From a bacterium (GTDB lineage Bacteria > SAR324 > NAC60-12), in contig OZ242383.1 of assembly GCA_965209155.1 (NCBI GenBank), forward strand, positions 960,001 to 1,024,000: 64,000 nt of DNA, read 5' to 3'. Below the pieces are notes generated by a model that made no database searches, was not told the DNA's origin, and saw only the letters and a list, made by a program, of their open reading frames with translations. This document shows, in pieces, positions 10,052 to 19,452 of the stretch. Made by a program: the position numbers and the translations under genes. Numbering within the stretch: position 1 is the stretch's first letter; every line of letters starts with the position of its first letter.

Positions 10052-10067
10052 TTCAAGCAGTGTGCCA
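10052..10067 (-). promoter_or_regulatory. Putative sigma54 (-24/-12) promoter of the ABC operon
   Basis: Minus strand TGGCAC-ACTGC-TTGAA: consensus spacing, with GA instead of GC at -12. Confidence 0.55.
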
Positions 10068-10144
10068 AATTTGAGGATATTCAGTTAACTTATTGTAATT
10101 ATTAACTAATTTTGACAAGTGGAGGTTTTTGTATGTGAAGCAGA

Positions 10145-10254
10145 TGTTCAATTATGTTAATTTAAGCCGGGAGGAAATAGTAGTTAACCCACTGATATTA
10201 AAGATTTATAGATCAAAATCCAGAACTTGAAACAAATGTTTAATATTTTGAACA
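10145..10254. promoter_or_regulatory. Putative enhancer (UAS) sites for the adjacent sigma54 activator
   Basis: Imperfect palindrome TGTTTAATATTTTGAACA (10237-10254) and a related half-site TGTTCAATTAT (10145), in AT-rich DNA. Confidence 0.4.
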
Positions 10255-10270
10255 CTATTAAACTCTATTA

Positions 10271-11401
10271 TTAAGTTCCTATAATGATCCTAATTCCGTA
10301 CTTTTTCATTTTGTTGAAGAGGGTGGTCCGGGAGATTCCCAGGGCAGCAGCGGTTTTTATCTTGTGACCCTGGGAATTTTTCAGGGCAATGAGAATCGTC
10401 GCTTTTTCACTATCCGCAACGGCTTGCGCCATTTTCCCGTGGTTGATCTTATCTCCAAAAATTGAAGTTTCGCTGATTTTAGAATTTATCCGTTTCCCCA
10501 GAAAATCGACCTCTCCCAGAGTGACATAGCGATTCAGGGTGTTTTGCAACTCCCGGACATTGCCCGGCCAATCGTAGGCTTGCAGGGCTTGCAGAAATCC
10601 TGGTGTGATGGGCTTTCCTTGTTGAAGCGGTGCCATGGATTTCAAAAAATGCTCGACCAGCAGGGGGATATCCTCTTTTCTTTCCCGGAGCGGGGGCAGG
10701 CGAATGGGAAGGACATGAATCCGGTAATAGAAATCTTCTCGAATTTGCCCCGTCTTTACCCGGTGACTCAGGTCCTGGTTTGAAGCCGCGATGAACCGGA
10801 TATCGGGCTTGATGACCTCGGTGGTGCCAACCGGGGTAAAGCCATTGCCCTCCAGGACACGAAGCAGTTTAACCTGCAGGTTCAGCCCGATATCGGCCAG
10901 TTCATCCAAGAACAAAGTCCCTTTGTCGGTCAGGTGCAGGAAACCGCGCTGATCGCTGTCGGCCCCGGTGAAAGCGCCTTTTTTGTGTCCAAAGAACTCG
11001 CTCTCGATCAGGTTTTCGGAGATGGCCCCGAGGTTCACCGGGAAAAACACTTGCTCCTTGCGGTCACTGGCCTCGTGAATGGCGCGGGAGACCAGTTCTT
11101 TCCCGGTTCCCGATTCGCCGTAGAGGATCACGTTCGCATCGGTGGTCGCCGCTTGTAAAATCAGCTCGTATACCCGTTGCATGGGCTCGCTTTTTCCGAT
11201 AATGTCGCCAAACCGAAAGCGGTCTTTGGTGCGGGCTCGCAGGTGGACATTCTCCTCGCGTGGGGAGGTTTCGCTCGCTTTCAGCTCGTCCAGCGCCTTT
11301 TTGAGGTTTTCGTGAAGCCTGGCGTTTTCCAGGGAAATGGCAATCTGGGAGCTAAGGTGCTTGATCACCTCGAGTCGCCGGGGGGGGGAAGGCCCCCTCA
11401 A
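10271..11401 (-). CDS. Sigma54-dependent activator (AAA+ and Fis HTH); C-terminal part of the frameshifted giant regulator
   Basis: GESGTGKE, GAFTGA, WPGNVRELQN and HTH ALGISRTTLFNKMKKY; begins with the GAF tail LSSQIAISLENARL. Confidence 0.88.
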   Translation of the reverse strand: MRGPSPPRRLEVIKHLSSQIAISLENARLHENLKKALDELKASETSPREENVHLRARTKDRFRFGDIIGKSEPMQRVYELILQAATTDANVILYGESGTGKELVSRAIHEASDRKEQVFFPVNLGAISENLIESEFFGHKKGAFTGADSDQRGFLHLTDKGTLFLDELADIGLNLQVKLLRVLEGNGFTPVGTTEVIKPDIRFIAASNQDLSHRVKTGQIREDFYYRIHVLPIRLPPLRERKEDIPLLVEHFLKSMAPLQQGKPITPGFLQALQAYDWPGNVRELQNTLNRYVTLGEVDFLGKRINSKISETSIFGDKINHGKMAQAVADSEKATILIALKNSQGHKIKTAAALGISRTTLFNKMKKYGIRIIIGT

Positions 11402-14400
11402 CCAGGTTATTTTCCAGGTAAATGATGCCGGTCAAAGATGACTGATGAGTGATCGGTGCGCACAGGATCGATTTGGGACGCTCCCTCCGGATATAGTCAT
11501 CTTCGGCAAACCGTTCTTCCCGAGAGGCGTTGTCCAAAACCAGGTGTTCCCGGGTTTGTTTCACCCAGGAAATGACCGAGAGGGAGAGGGAGAAAGCCTT
11601 TTCCACAGGCAGGGAAAGCGGTAGAAAACATTCGACCTGCTCGGCGCTCCCGCGGGCAGCAATGAGAGACTGACCTTCGGTTTCCAGTATCAGGGCTGCT
11701 GTCTGGGCTCCGGCATTTTCCATGAGAATGCGGAGCAGGATCTCCAGCAGTGGTTCCAACTCAAGGGTACTGGAGATGGTCTCCGAGGCTTTGAGAATCG
11801 TCCCTAGGTCCAGGTTTGTAGAAGGAGACGTCGCTTCAGCACGATCATCGGCAATCAACCCGGGATATCGAGACTTCAGATGCGCGACCTTCCGTTTTGC
11901 TCCCCAGGCCTCGTACCTCTCCAATGCTGAGCGCAGGTAAGACCTGGCGTCGTTGTTTTGCCCCTGGTTGAGCAAGTACCTGGCTGCCAGTTCATTGGCC
12001 AGAGCTTCCTCGTGGATAAATTCGTTCTCTCTGGCCAAAGCGATGGCCTGGTCATAATGGGACAGAATCGCGTCGCTTTGACCCTCCAAAACCCTCATCC
12101 GTTCGGCTTCCACCAGGTGGTATTTATGTAAATAATTGGGTGGTGCGCAGCGCGCTAGTTTCTCCAATGTATCCTGATTGTCATGGACCTGGGTGAGGAT
12201 CTCCTCCTTTTCCCCCTCGCTCCCCTGGTCGTAAAGCGCGAGGAGAGCGAGGGACAGGTAGCAGTTGGCCAGGGGATCAACAAGGGCATCCTTGTAGGTT
12301 TTCATCAGGTTGATCATTTCAAAAACCGTCTCCCGCGCTGCTTCGTATTCTCCAAACAGGGTTTGCAGCACCAGCTTTTGGTAATTAAAACTGCTCTGTT
12401 CATGAGGTTGGTACTCTGTACCCCTCCCCCTATCGTATTGATCCATGATGCCGGTTGACAGGGTCGAAGGTTCCTCCATTAGAATCATGACCGCCTTCGT
12501 CAGCATTTCGGTCTTGGAAAACCCGATAATATAATCGATCTTCTTGAGAGCAACCTTCAACGTCGACAATTCCCCTTTCAGCCAATTCAGCTCTTTCCCG
12601 CACATAAACGCTAACTGACACCTTGCGAGGGCGTTAGCACCGGCATTGTAGAAATCTCCCGTCTCGATTCCCATCTTATGAGCTTCCAGCAAGGGATCCA
12701 ATGACGCCGATAGCGGCTCCCTGTAGATCCGAATCCCGACGTTGAAACCTCCGGAAACTCTACAGTTTATTTCCTTCAGATCAAGCGCTTCCATGAGCTG
12801 TATGCCCAGGCGACCGAGTTCATAACCAAATTCAAAATCCTGAATATACACGCAATAGATCATTCCAAGGAGACAATAGAATTCGGGTGATTGTTTCGGA
12901 TGAAAATGACTGAGCAGCAACGAGATGCGTTTTGAAGCGATGGGCTGCCAAAGACCGTCATCCAAAGTAACCCCAGCCTCGCTATATGGCAAATGGAGCT
13001 CATATAGAATATGGACTAGGACCTTGGAAAGCGGTTGGGTGAGCGGCTCAAACTGCATCACTTCTTCAGCGCTTTTACCGGCCAGGCTGGATTTGATTTG
13101 AACGAGGGTCTGCTGCCACTGGCCGGGAGACAGACGGCTCAGTTGACACCCCAATTTCTCCAGAATTTCCTCGCCCGTTTTCAGGGCCTTCTTTAATTCA
13201 CCCTGGTTGGTGTACGCCTTGATCAGGCATTGATAAACATTGGCCAGGTCCAGGTCCTCCCGGACGTTTTCTTTTACGCCACCCGCCAGCTTCTCCATCA
13301 GGTCAAACTGGCCACAGAGCCATGACATCTCCGTGGCTTCCTCATGCAGGGATAAGGCCAGGGGGTATTGTCGTTTCCAGGCGGTGGCTCCTGAAAGCTC
13401 CAGACCTATGGTAAAGTATTCCAGGGCCTGTTCAAAAGCCGAAGCCGCCCTGGCCTGACGACCGGCTTCCAGGTTGAGTTCTGCCAGGTGCGATCGTTCT
13501 TTCCATTTATCCTTCACCCTCCGGGCCAGGTTAAGATGATGGACGATGTCAAAAAGCAGAGCATCATTTTTTCCGAGAGCGTATTGTTTGAGCAGGGTCT
13601 GACCGATTTGAAGATGGACTGACTGTTTCTCCTTTTGTGCAATGAGGGCATAGGCAGCCTGCTGCACCCGGTCATGCAGGAATTTATAGCTATCGCTCTC
13701 CGTGCTCGCTCCGTCGGTCGGATTATCCAGCTGCGGGACCCGGGAAAAACCGAGGATTAACCCGTTTGCAAGGGCCGGCAACAGGTTCTCATCGATCTCC
13801 CCGCTTCCTTCTCCGCTGATCAGCTCCAAGGATTCCAGGTCAAAAGTATTGCCGATGCAGGCCGCCAGGCTTAAGAGTCGCCTGGTTTCAGCGGAAAACC
13901 GGTGGAGCCGGTCAATCAGCAACGCCACCACATTATCGGTCACCGCCAGGAACTCGATGGCAGCCAGGTCCCAAATCCATCGTTTTTCCTCAGGGGAGTA
14001 GCGGATCAGGTCCTTCTCGGAGAGTACGGTTAAAAACTGGCCCACAAAGAAGGGATTGCCGCCGGTTTTGCGCACCAGGACCTCTGCCAGCGGGTTTGCC
14101 TCCTCAGGACGGCAGTGGCAGGTATGGACGAGCAGTTGTGAGATGTTCTCCGGATTTAAGGGCTTTAAGGGGATCGTTTGGACAGGCAGGCCTGTTCTTT
14201 TGATCACCTCACAACTGATCGTCAACCGGTGGCCGATATCCACCTTGTTGTCGCGATAGGCCCCCAGGAAAAGCAGAGGTTTCCTCTCCGGATCCTGAGC
14301 AATGCGTTCCACCAGCTTGAGGGTATCGGCGTCCACCCACTGCAAGTCGTCCAGAAAAATAACCAGGGGATGGGTTTTTTCACAGAAAACAGAGATGAAA

Positions 14401-16241
14401 TCCAGTAAAACGGCAGTGAAGCGGTTCCGGGACTCCAGCGCTCCCATTTCCGGCAGCGGGGGTTGCGGGCCGATCATCTGTTCCAGTTCCGGAATCACCC
14501 GGGTTATCAGTTGTCCGTTGGGTCCCAGGGCAGCCCGTATCCTGCTTTTCCAACGCTCCATTCCGGATTTCTTTTCGACTGATATCTCCCGGGTGAGTCC
14601 CCGCAGCGCCTGGATCAGGGCGCTGTAGGGGATATTGTGCCGGAGCTGGTCAAACTTGCCGGAGATGAAGAAGCCGTTTTTTTGGGCAACGGACCGGTGA
14701 ATTTCACCGACCAGAGCGGTTTTGCCGACACCAGCGCTTCCCGAGATCAGCACTATCTCGGTCGCTCCCTGGCTGACTCGCTCCAGGGCGGCCTCCAGAG
14801 CGGTGATTTCTTCCTCCCGGCCGTAAAGCCCCGGGGCGATCTGCAATTCTTTGGGAACGTCCTGGCGTCCCAGGGAAAAGTCGGACACGTTTCCATTTTT
14901 TTCCAGTTGCTCCAGACATGCCAGGAGGTCGGCTGAAAGCCCTGAGTGACTCTGGTAGCGGGCTTCGGCGCGCTTTGCCATCAGTTTCATCACCAAGCGG
15001 GAAAGGACTCTGGGTACTTGCGGTTCAATCTCGTCAAGGGGCAGGGGCTGCCGGGCAATGTGAGCGTGGATGATTTCCATGGCCTCCCGGGAGTGGAAAG
15101 GCACTCTCCCGCTGAAAAGTTCATAAAGGGTGGCGCCCAGGGAATAAAAATCACTGCGATAATCGAGCACCCGGTTTATCCGGCCGGTCTGCTCGGGGGA
15201 GATATAGGGCAGGGTTTCCCCGCTTAGCCGGGGACTCAACGTCGTCAAATTTTCCTTAGGCAACCGGGTGGTCAGGCCGAATCCGGTCAGTTTGACCGTT
15301 CCCGATGCCGGATCGACAAAAATATTGAACGGATTGATCATTTTATGCAGGAGGCCCTGCCGGTGTACTTCTTTCAGGGTGCTAGTCAGTGAAACCGCTA
15401 CCTTCAGCGAGTCCAGCAGGTCGAGCCGGGCTGAATCCATCAACTTTCTTAAAGGAAGCGCATCAGTGTTTTCCAGGATCAAGACCGATCCGTTTTCATA
15501 TTGCACCACTTCCTCTGCCCTGAGGACCTCATCAATCTCCAGAGCCTGAGTGATCTCATACTCATGCCGCATTTCCGCCAACTCCTGCGCGCTCTGATCA
15601 GAGGAAGCCGCTCCCTTGATCAGGACCAAAAACCCGTCCCTTTGCCGCTTGCCGCGCCAAAGCCAGGTCCGCCCACTTTCAAAAATGACCTCCTCCAGCG
15701 AATAACCCGGAATCTCCGGTTTTTTTTGATCAGAAATCGTCTGCTCTTTTATTGGCCTGGGTGGCGTTTCCTTTCCCGGTCCGGTAGAGATTTCTTCACT
15801 GGACCTTTCAGGCATTTTGAAACTTTTCAGCAGATCCCCCATAAAACCCTGATTCTTTTCGATTTCGTGAATTTTTCCCAGCATTCTCCGGGCGGTATAG
15901 TAATTTAATCCGATTTTTTCTGATAATTGTTGAGCCGTCGTCTCGCCATTGCATGCCGCCACATAATAAATCCCCCAAAACCAGTAACGCAGTGGAGTCC
16001 GCGTCCGGTGCATCAGAGTTCCTGCGTTGAGCGAAGTCTGGTGTTTACAGTTTCTGCATTGCAGTATTTGACGTTTTTTCAGGGCATCGTATCGGTGACT
16101 ACCACAGAGGGAGCACACATAACCGGCTGGCCAACGCAGGTGGAAAAGGTGATTGCGACAGACTTCATCGTTCGAAAACAGCTTTTGGATCTCGTGAAAG
16201 GCATGAGCTTGAGTTGTTTCATCCACTTGGCGCTCCCACAT
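11352..16241 (-). CDS. IS1595 Zn-ribbon/HTH + degenerate Ser/Thr kinase + STAND AAA ATPase + TPR-like + GAF protein; frameshifted into the sigma54 activator
   Basis: RWPAGYVCSLC...QCRNC..QTSLNAGTLMH; YISPEQTGR; GSAGVGKT; IFLDDLQW; FLHDRVQQAAY; SILCAPI..GIIYLEN. Confidence 0.88.
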   Translation of the reverse strand: MWERQVDETTQAHAFHEIQKLFSNDEVCRNHLFHLRWPAGYVCSLCGSHRYDALKKRQILQCRNCKHQTSLNAGTLMHRTRTPLRYWFWGIYYVAACNGETTAQQLSEKIGLNYYTARRMLGKIHEIEKNQGFMGDLLKSFKMPERSSEEISTGPGKETPPRPIKEQTISDQKKPEIPGYSLEEVIFESGRTWLWRGKRQRDGFLVLIKGAASSDQSAQELAEMRHEYEITQALEIDEVLRAEEVVQYENGSVLILENTDALPLRKLMDSARLDLLDSLKVAVSLTSTLKEVHRQGLLHKMINPFNIFVDPASGTVKLTGFGLTTRLPKENLTTLSPRLSGETLPYISPEQTGRINRVLDYRSDFYSLGATLYELFSGRVPFHSREAMEIIHAHIARQPLPLDEIEPQVPRVLSRLVMKLMAKRAEARYQSHSGLSADLLACLEQLEKNGNVSDFSLGRQDVPKELQIAPGLYGREEEITALEAALERVSQGATEIVLISGSAGVGKTALVGEIHRSVAQKNGFFISGKFDQLRHNIPYSALIQALRGLTREISVEKKSGMERWKSRIRAALGPNGQLITRVIPELEQMIGPQPPLPEMGALESRNRFTAVLLDFISVFCEKTHPLVIFLDDLQWVDADTLKLVERIAQDPERKPLLFLGAYRDNKVDIGHRLTISCEVIKRTGLPVQTIPLKPLNPENISQLLVHTCHCRPEEANPLAEVLVRKTGGNPFFVGQFLTVLSEKDLIRYSPEEKRWIWDLAAIEFLAVTDNVVALLIDRLHRFSAETRRLLSLAACIGNTFDLESLELISGEGSGEIDENLLPALANGLILGFSRVPQLDNPTDGASTESDSYKFLHDRVQQAAYALIAQKEKQSVHLQIGQTLLKQYALGKNDALLFDIVHHLNLARRVKDKWKERSHLAELNLEAGRQARAASAFEQALEYFTIGLELSGATAWKRQYPLALSLHEEATEMSWLCGQFDLMEKLAGGVKENVREDLDLANVYQCLIKAYTNQGELKKALKTGEEILEKLGCQLSRLSPGQWQQTLVQIKSSLAGKSAEEVMQFEPLTQPLSKVLVHILYELHLPYSEAGVTLDDGLWQPIASKRISLLLSHFHPKQSPEFYCLLGMIYCVYIQDFEFGYELGRLGIQLMEALDLKEINCRVSGGFNVGIRIYREPLSASLDPLLEAHKMGIETGDFYNAGANALARCQLAFMCGKELNWLKGELSTLKVALKKIDYIIGFSKTEMLTKAVMILMEEPSTLSTGIMDQYDRGRGTEYQPHEQSSFNYQKLVLQTLFGEYEAARETVFEMINLMKTYKDALVDPLANCYLSLALLALYDQGSEGEKEEILTQVHDNQDTLEKLARCAPPNYLHKYHLVEAERMRVLEGQSDAILSHYDQAIALARENEFIHEEALANELAARYLLNQGQNNDARSYLRSALERYEAWGAKRKVAHLKSRYPGLIADDRAEATSPSTNLDLGTILKASETISSTLELEPLLEILLRILMENAGAQTAALILETEGQSLIAARGSAEQVECFLPLSLPVEKAFSLSLSVISWVKQTREHLVLDNASREERFAEDDYIRRERPKSILCAPITHQSSLTGIIYLENNLVEGAFPPPATRGDQAP

Positions 16242-16326
16242 CTAAAATGGTTTAATGAACACTCAGGGATGGGCTTGAGCTAATTCATCCACTTGGCGTT
16301 CCCACATCTAAGATGGTTTAATGAAT
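16201..16326. repeat. Imperfect tandem duplication, 66-bp period, spanning the regulator start
   Basis: ttcatccacttggcg(c/t)tcccacatctaa(a/g)atggtttaatgaa at 16218 and 16284. Confidence 0.85.
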
Positions 16327-16802
16327 ATTTTTGATTGTAAATTTTATGTTTGTATAACCTTTCAGATGGTTGAACGCAAGAAAAATTGTACTTCCATCAC
16401 AGAAATTTCATCACTTTTAAACTTGTCGCTATTTTTTAAAAAGAATAAAGCAGTTACTGAGCGTTCGCAAATTTTGAGTCAATCCTTTTTTTAGTTAAAA
16501 TTTTTACATGACCAATTTATACGACCTTAATCCAGTGTTTTTTCCAATAGCGATTGGGATGGGATTTATTTCTAAGCGGCCTTCCGCATTGCTCCCTTTG
16601 TCCTTTACACGCCCGTTTACCGATGCTATCATCACCCTTAACGTATTCCCTGTGGAGAAAAGTCCAAAGGAAGCCTGCAGGGGTTATCCCGGAGACGGCA
16701 AACGTCAATGCTGAGTAAGTTTTCAGTTGCAAGTACCCAAGAACGTAAAAAAGATGAATCTAGCGGTGGACAGCGACTGTTTCTCCACGAGTATGGAAGA
16801 TT

Positions 16803-18158
16803 TTGGTATCGCAAACAGCTATTTATCGAGGGAATGTCTTGAACAATTCTGGTCATCAAACACAACTACCGCAACTCTTTCTGGTTTGGAGTCTCCTGTT
16901 GGGCATGGCATTGATCTCAGTCTGCGGAGGGATGCAGGGCACCTTGTTGGGAGTCAGGGCGTCTTTGGAAGACTTTACGGTGAACTCCATCGGCCTCATC
17001 ATGTCGGCCTATTACGTCGGCTTTCTCCTGGCCGCACGGGTCGTACCCGGTTGGGTGCGAGAGGTGGGGCATATTCGCGTGTTCGCCGCCCTGGGTTCGA
17101 CCGCTTCTGTGGTTATCCTCTTGCATTCCGCCGTCATAGACCCGGCGATGTGGTTCCTATTCCGCACTTTGACGGGCATTTGCTTGTCCGGGCTGTTCAT
17201 GGTCTCGGAAAGCTGGTTGAACGCGATCACCAGCAACGACAACCGGGGTCGACTCCTTGCCGCGCACATGTTCACCGTCACATTGGGATTTATCGGCGGG
17301 CAATACCTGATAACGCTGGCGTCCCCACTGGGTTTCGAACTGTTCATCCTTGCCTCTGTCGTGCTGTCCATCTCTATCGTGCCCATGTTGCTGAGCAGGA
17401 TTTCCGCACCTTCGATTGCCTACGCGCAACACCTGGAGTTGCGCCGTTTGATCCGGCTGACTCCCTTGGGTGTCGTGGGAGTCTTCGTACAAGGCGTCAC
17501 TTTCGGAGCAGTCATTTGGTTGACCGCGGTATTCGGTCAGCAAAGCGGTTTCAGCGCTGCCGAAAGCGCCATGATGGTAGGCACCCTCATGACCGGGGGA
17601 CTGGTGCTGATGCTGCCCGTGGGCAGACTGTCGGATCGCCAGGACCGCCGTCGTACCTTGCTGATATTGTCAGGCCTCGCCACCTGCGCGAGTCTGCTGG
17701 TGCCGTTTGCCACATGGTCGGGCCAGTTCTGGCTGCTGGCTGGCCTCCTCTTCCTGGTCGGCGGGGCTGTCATGCCGTTTTATTCGGTTTCCATTTCCTT
17801 TATCAATGACCACGTGAGCAGCGATCAGATCCTTTCGGCCAGCGGCAGCATTATCTTTATCAGTGGTGTCGGCGGACTATCCGGCCCTGTGCTCGGCGCT
17901 CAAGCCATGAAATTCTTCGGCCCCGGCAGCTTGTATTATTTCGTGGCGTTGGTTTACCTGCTGATGGCCTCCTATACCTTGTATCGCATGTCGGTGCGTG
18001 CCCCTATTTCCGCCGAAGAACAATCCCAGGGCATGGTCGTCATGATGCAGACTTCACAGGTCATCGTTACGGAAGCCATGGACGAAACCGATCAGGGCGA
18101 TCCGCTGGCGCCGGAGGAAGATCATCACTTTCAAAGCGGGACAGAGCAAAAACGGTAA
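16803..18158 (+). CDS. MFS transporter, YcaD-like (start uncertain)
   Basis: Multiple hydrophobic helices; VGHIRVFAA, ESWLN and GRLSDRQDRR. Confidence 0.9.
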   Translation: MVSQTAIYRGNVLNNSGHQTQLPQLFLVWSLLLGMALISVCGGMQGTLLGVRASLEDFTVNSIGLIMSAYYVGFLLAARVVPGWVREVGHIRVFAALGSTASVVILLHSAVIDPAMWFLFRTLTGICLSGLFMVSESWLNAITSNDNRGRLLAAHMFTVTLGFIGGQYLITLASPLGFELFILASVVLSISIVPMLLSRISAPSIAYAQHLELRRLIRLTPLGVVGVFVQGVTFGAVIWLTAVFGQQSGFSAAESAMMVGTLMTGGLVLMLPVGRLSDRQDRRRTLLILSGLATCASLLVPFATWSGQFWLLAGLLFLVGGAVMPFYSVSISFINDHVSSDQILSASGSIIFISGVGGLSGPVLGAQAMKFFGPGSLYYFVALVYLLMASYTLYRMSVRAPISAEEQSQGMVVMMQTSQVIVTEAMDETDQGDPLAPEEDHHFQSGTEQKR

Positions 18159-18190
18159 AAAAAGGAGAGAAACACGTACGCGCTTTCGCC

Positions 18191-19174
18191 CTAGCGTGCC
18201 AGGCCTTTTTTCACCTTGCCTTTGATCAGTTGGAAGAGTTTTTTCACGGGACCATAGCGATCCACCATGTCGAAGCGGCCTGCTCCACCACGGAGGCTGG
18301 GATCGAGCAGGTCACGCAGGGCATCGCCAAACATGTTGATGCCGTAGATCACGACCGCCAGGGAGAGGCCGGGCCATAAGGCCAGCCAGGGGGCCTGTAG
18401 CATGTATTTCTTGCCTTCCAGGCTGAGCATGCCTCCCCAACTCGGCTGGGGCGGTGGGATGCCAAAACCGAGGTAGCTGATGGTGGCCTCGTCGAGGATG
18501 ATGCCGCCGAGGGCCACGGAAAACATGGTAATGATTGGTGCCCATACCTGGGGCAGGATGTGTTTGATGAGGATTCTCCAGGTGGGAGCCCCCACGGCCC
18601 GGGCTGCCTCGACATACACGTTCTGCTTGGCGCTCAACACTACTCCCCGGACCATGCGGATGTGAGCGATTCCCCAAAACGCGCCTAAGACCAGGATCAC
18701 CTGCACCATCCCTGGTCCAATCAAGGCCATGACCGCCAGGATGATGAACAGCCAGGGAAACCCGAGCCAGGCGTCTACGAACCGCTGCAAAATGAGATCG
18801 AATTTACCACCCCAGTACCCGGAGACAAGACCCAGGACGGTCGCAATCACCAGGGCCAACGCGCATGCCGAGACCCCCACCACCATCGAGATACGAGCCC
18901 CGTGAATGATCCGGCTGAACTGGGAGCGCCCCATGTGGTCGGTCCCCATAATAAATTCGGCAGACGGAGCTTTCAAGCGATTGCGCATTTTCATCTGGTA
19001 GACATCATCTGGCGCAATGAGAGGAGCAAAGACTCCGATCAGAAAAAAGAGGATCACGATTATGGCGCCTAAAAAGCCCAACTTCTTCTCTTTGACCAGT
19101 CGGTAGAGGAACTCCCCAAAAGAGCCTCTTCGCATGGTCGGGACTAAGCGGGTGGGTTGCTCTGTTTGTGCCAT
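18191..19174 (-). CDS. Peptide/nickel ABC permease, DppC-like
   Basis: MGTDHMGR, YVEAARAVGA and GDALRDLLDP. Confidence 0.93.
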   Translation of the reverse strand: MAQTEQPTRLVPTMRRGSFGEFLYRLVKEKKLGFLGAIIVILFFLIGVFAPLIAPDDVYQMKMRNRLKAPSAEFIMGTDHMGRSQFSRIIHGARISMVVGVSACALALVIATVLGLVSGYWGGKFDLILQRFVDAWLGFPWLFIILAVMALIGPGMVQVILVLGAFWGIAHIRMVRGVVLSAKQNVYVEAARAVGAPTWRILIKHILPQVWAPIITMFSVALGGIILDEATISYLGFGIPPPQPSWGGMLSLEGKKYMLQAPWLALWPGLSLAVVIYGINMFGDALRDLLDPSLRGGAGRFDMVDRYGPVKKLFQLIKGKVKKGLAR

Positions 19175-19280
19175 GGTTTATGCGTTTTTTATTGATTGCT
19201 GAAAACTGATAACTGAGGGCTGAAAGCCAACTAACCAGAGTTCGACATAAATCTGTAATAACAGGTGTATCCTGGTGTAT

Positions 19281-19381
19281 ATGTCATCCTCGCTAAACTT
19301 GTCCCTGCGAAAGCAGGGAGCGGGGATCCGGATTTCTGTCTGGCTGCATACCTCTGGATTCCTGCTTTCGCAGGAATGACA
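19281..19381. repeat. Palindromic REP/RPE-like doublet
   Basis: tgtcatcc...cctgcgaaagcaggg...ggatcc and ctggattcctgctttcgcaggaatgaca. Confidence 0.7.
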
Positions 19382-19452
19382 AGATTTCTCAATGATATGA
19401 AGATTCCATAACATATTGAATTTATTAAATTCTAATCTCAAACTCAGGTTAA

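Noticed and set aside
16727..17809. 360-aa ORF overlapping the MFS gene, and the many similar shadow or antisense ORFs in the track
   Set aside because: Alternative frames of GC-rich genes with no recognisable motifs.
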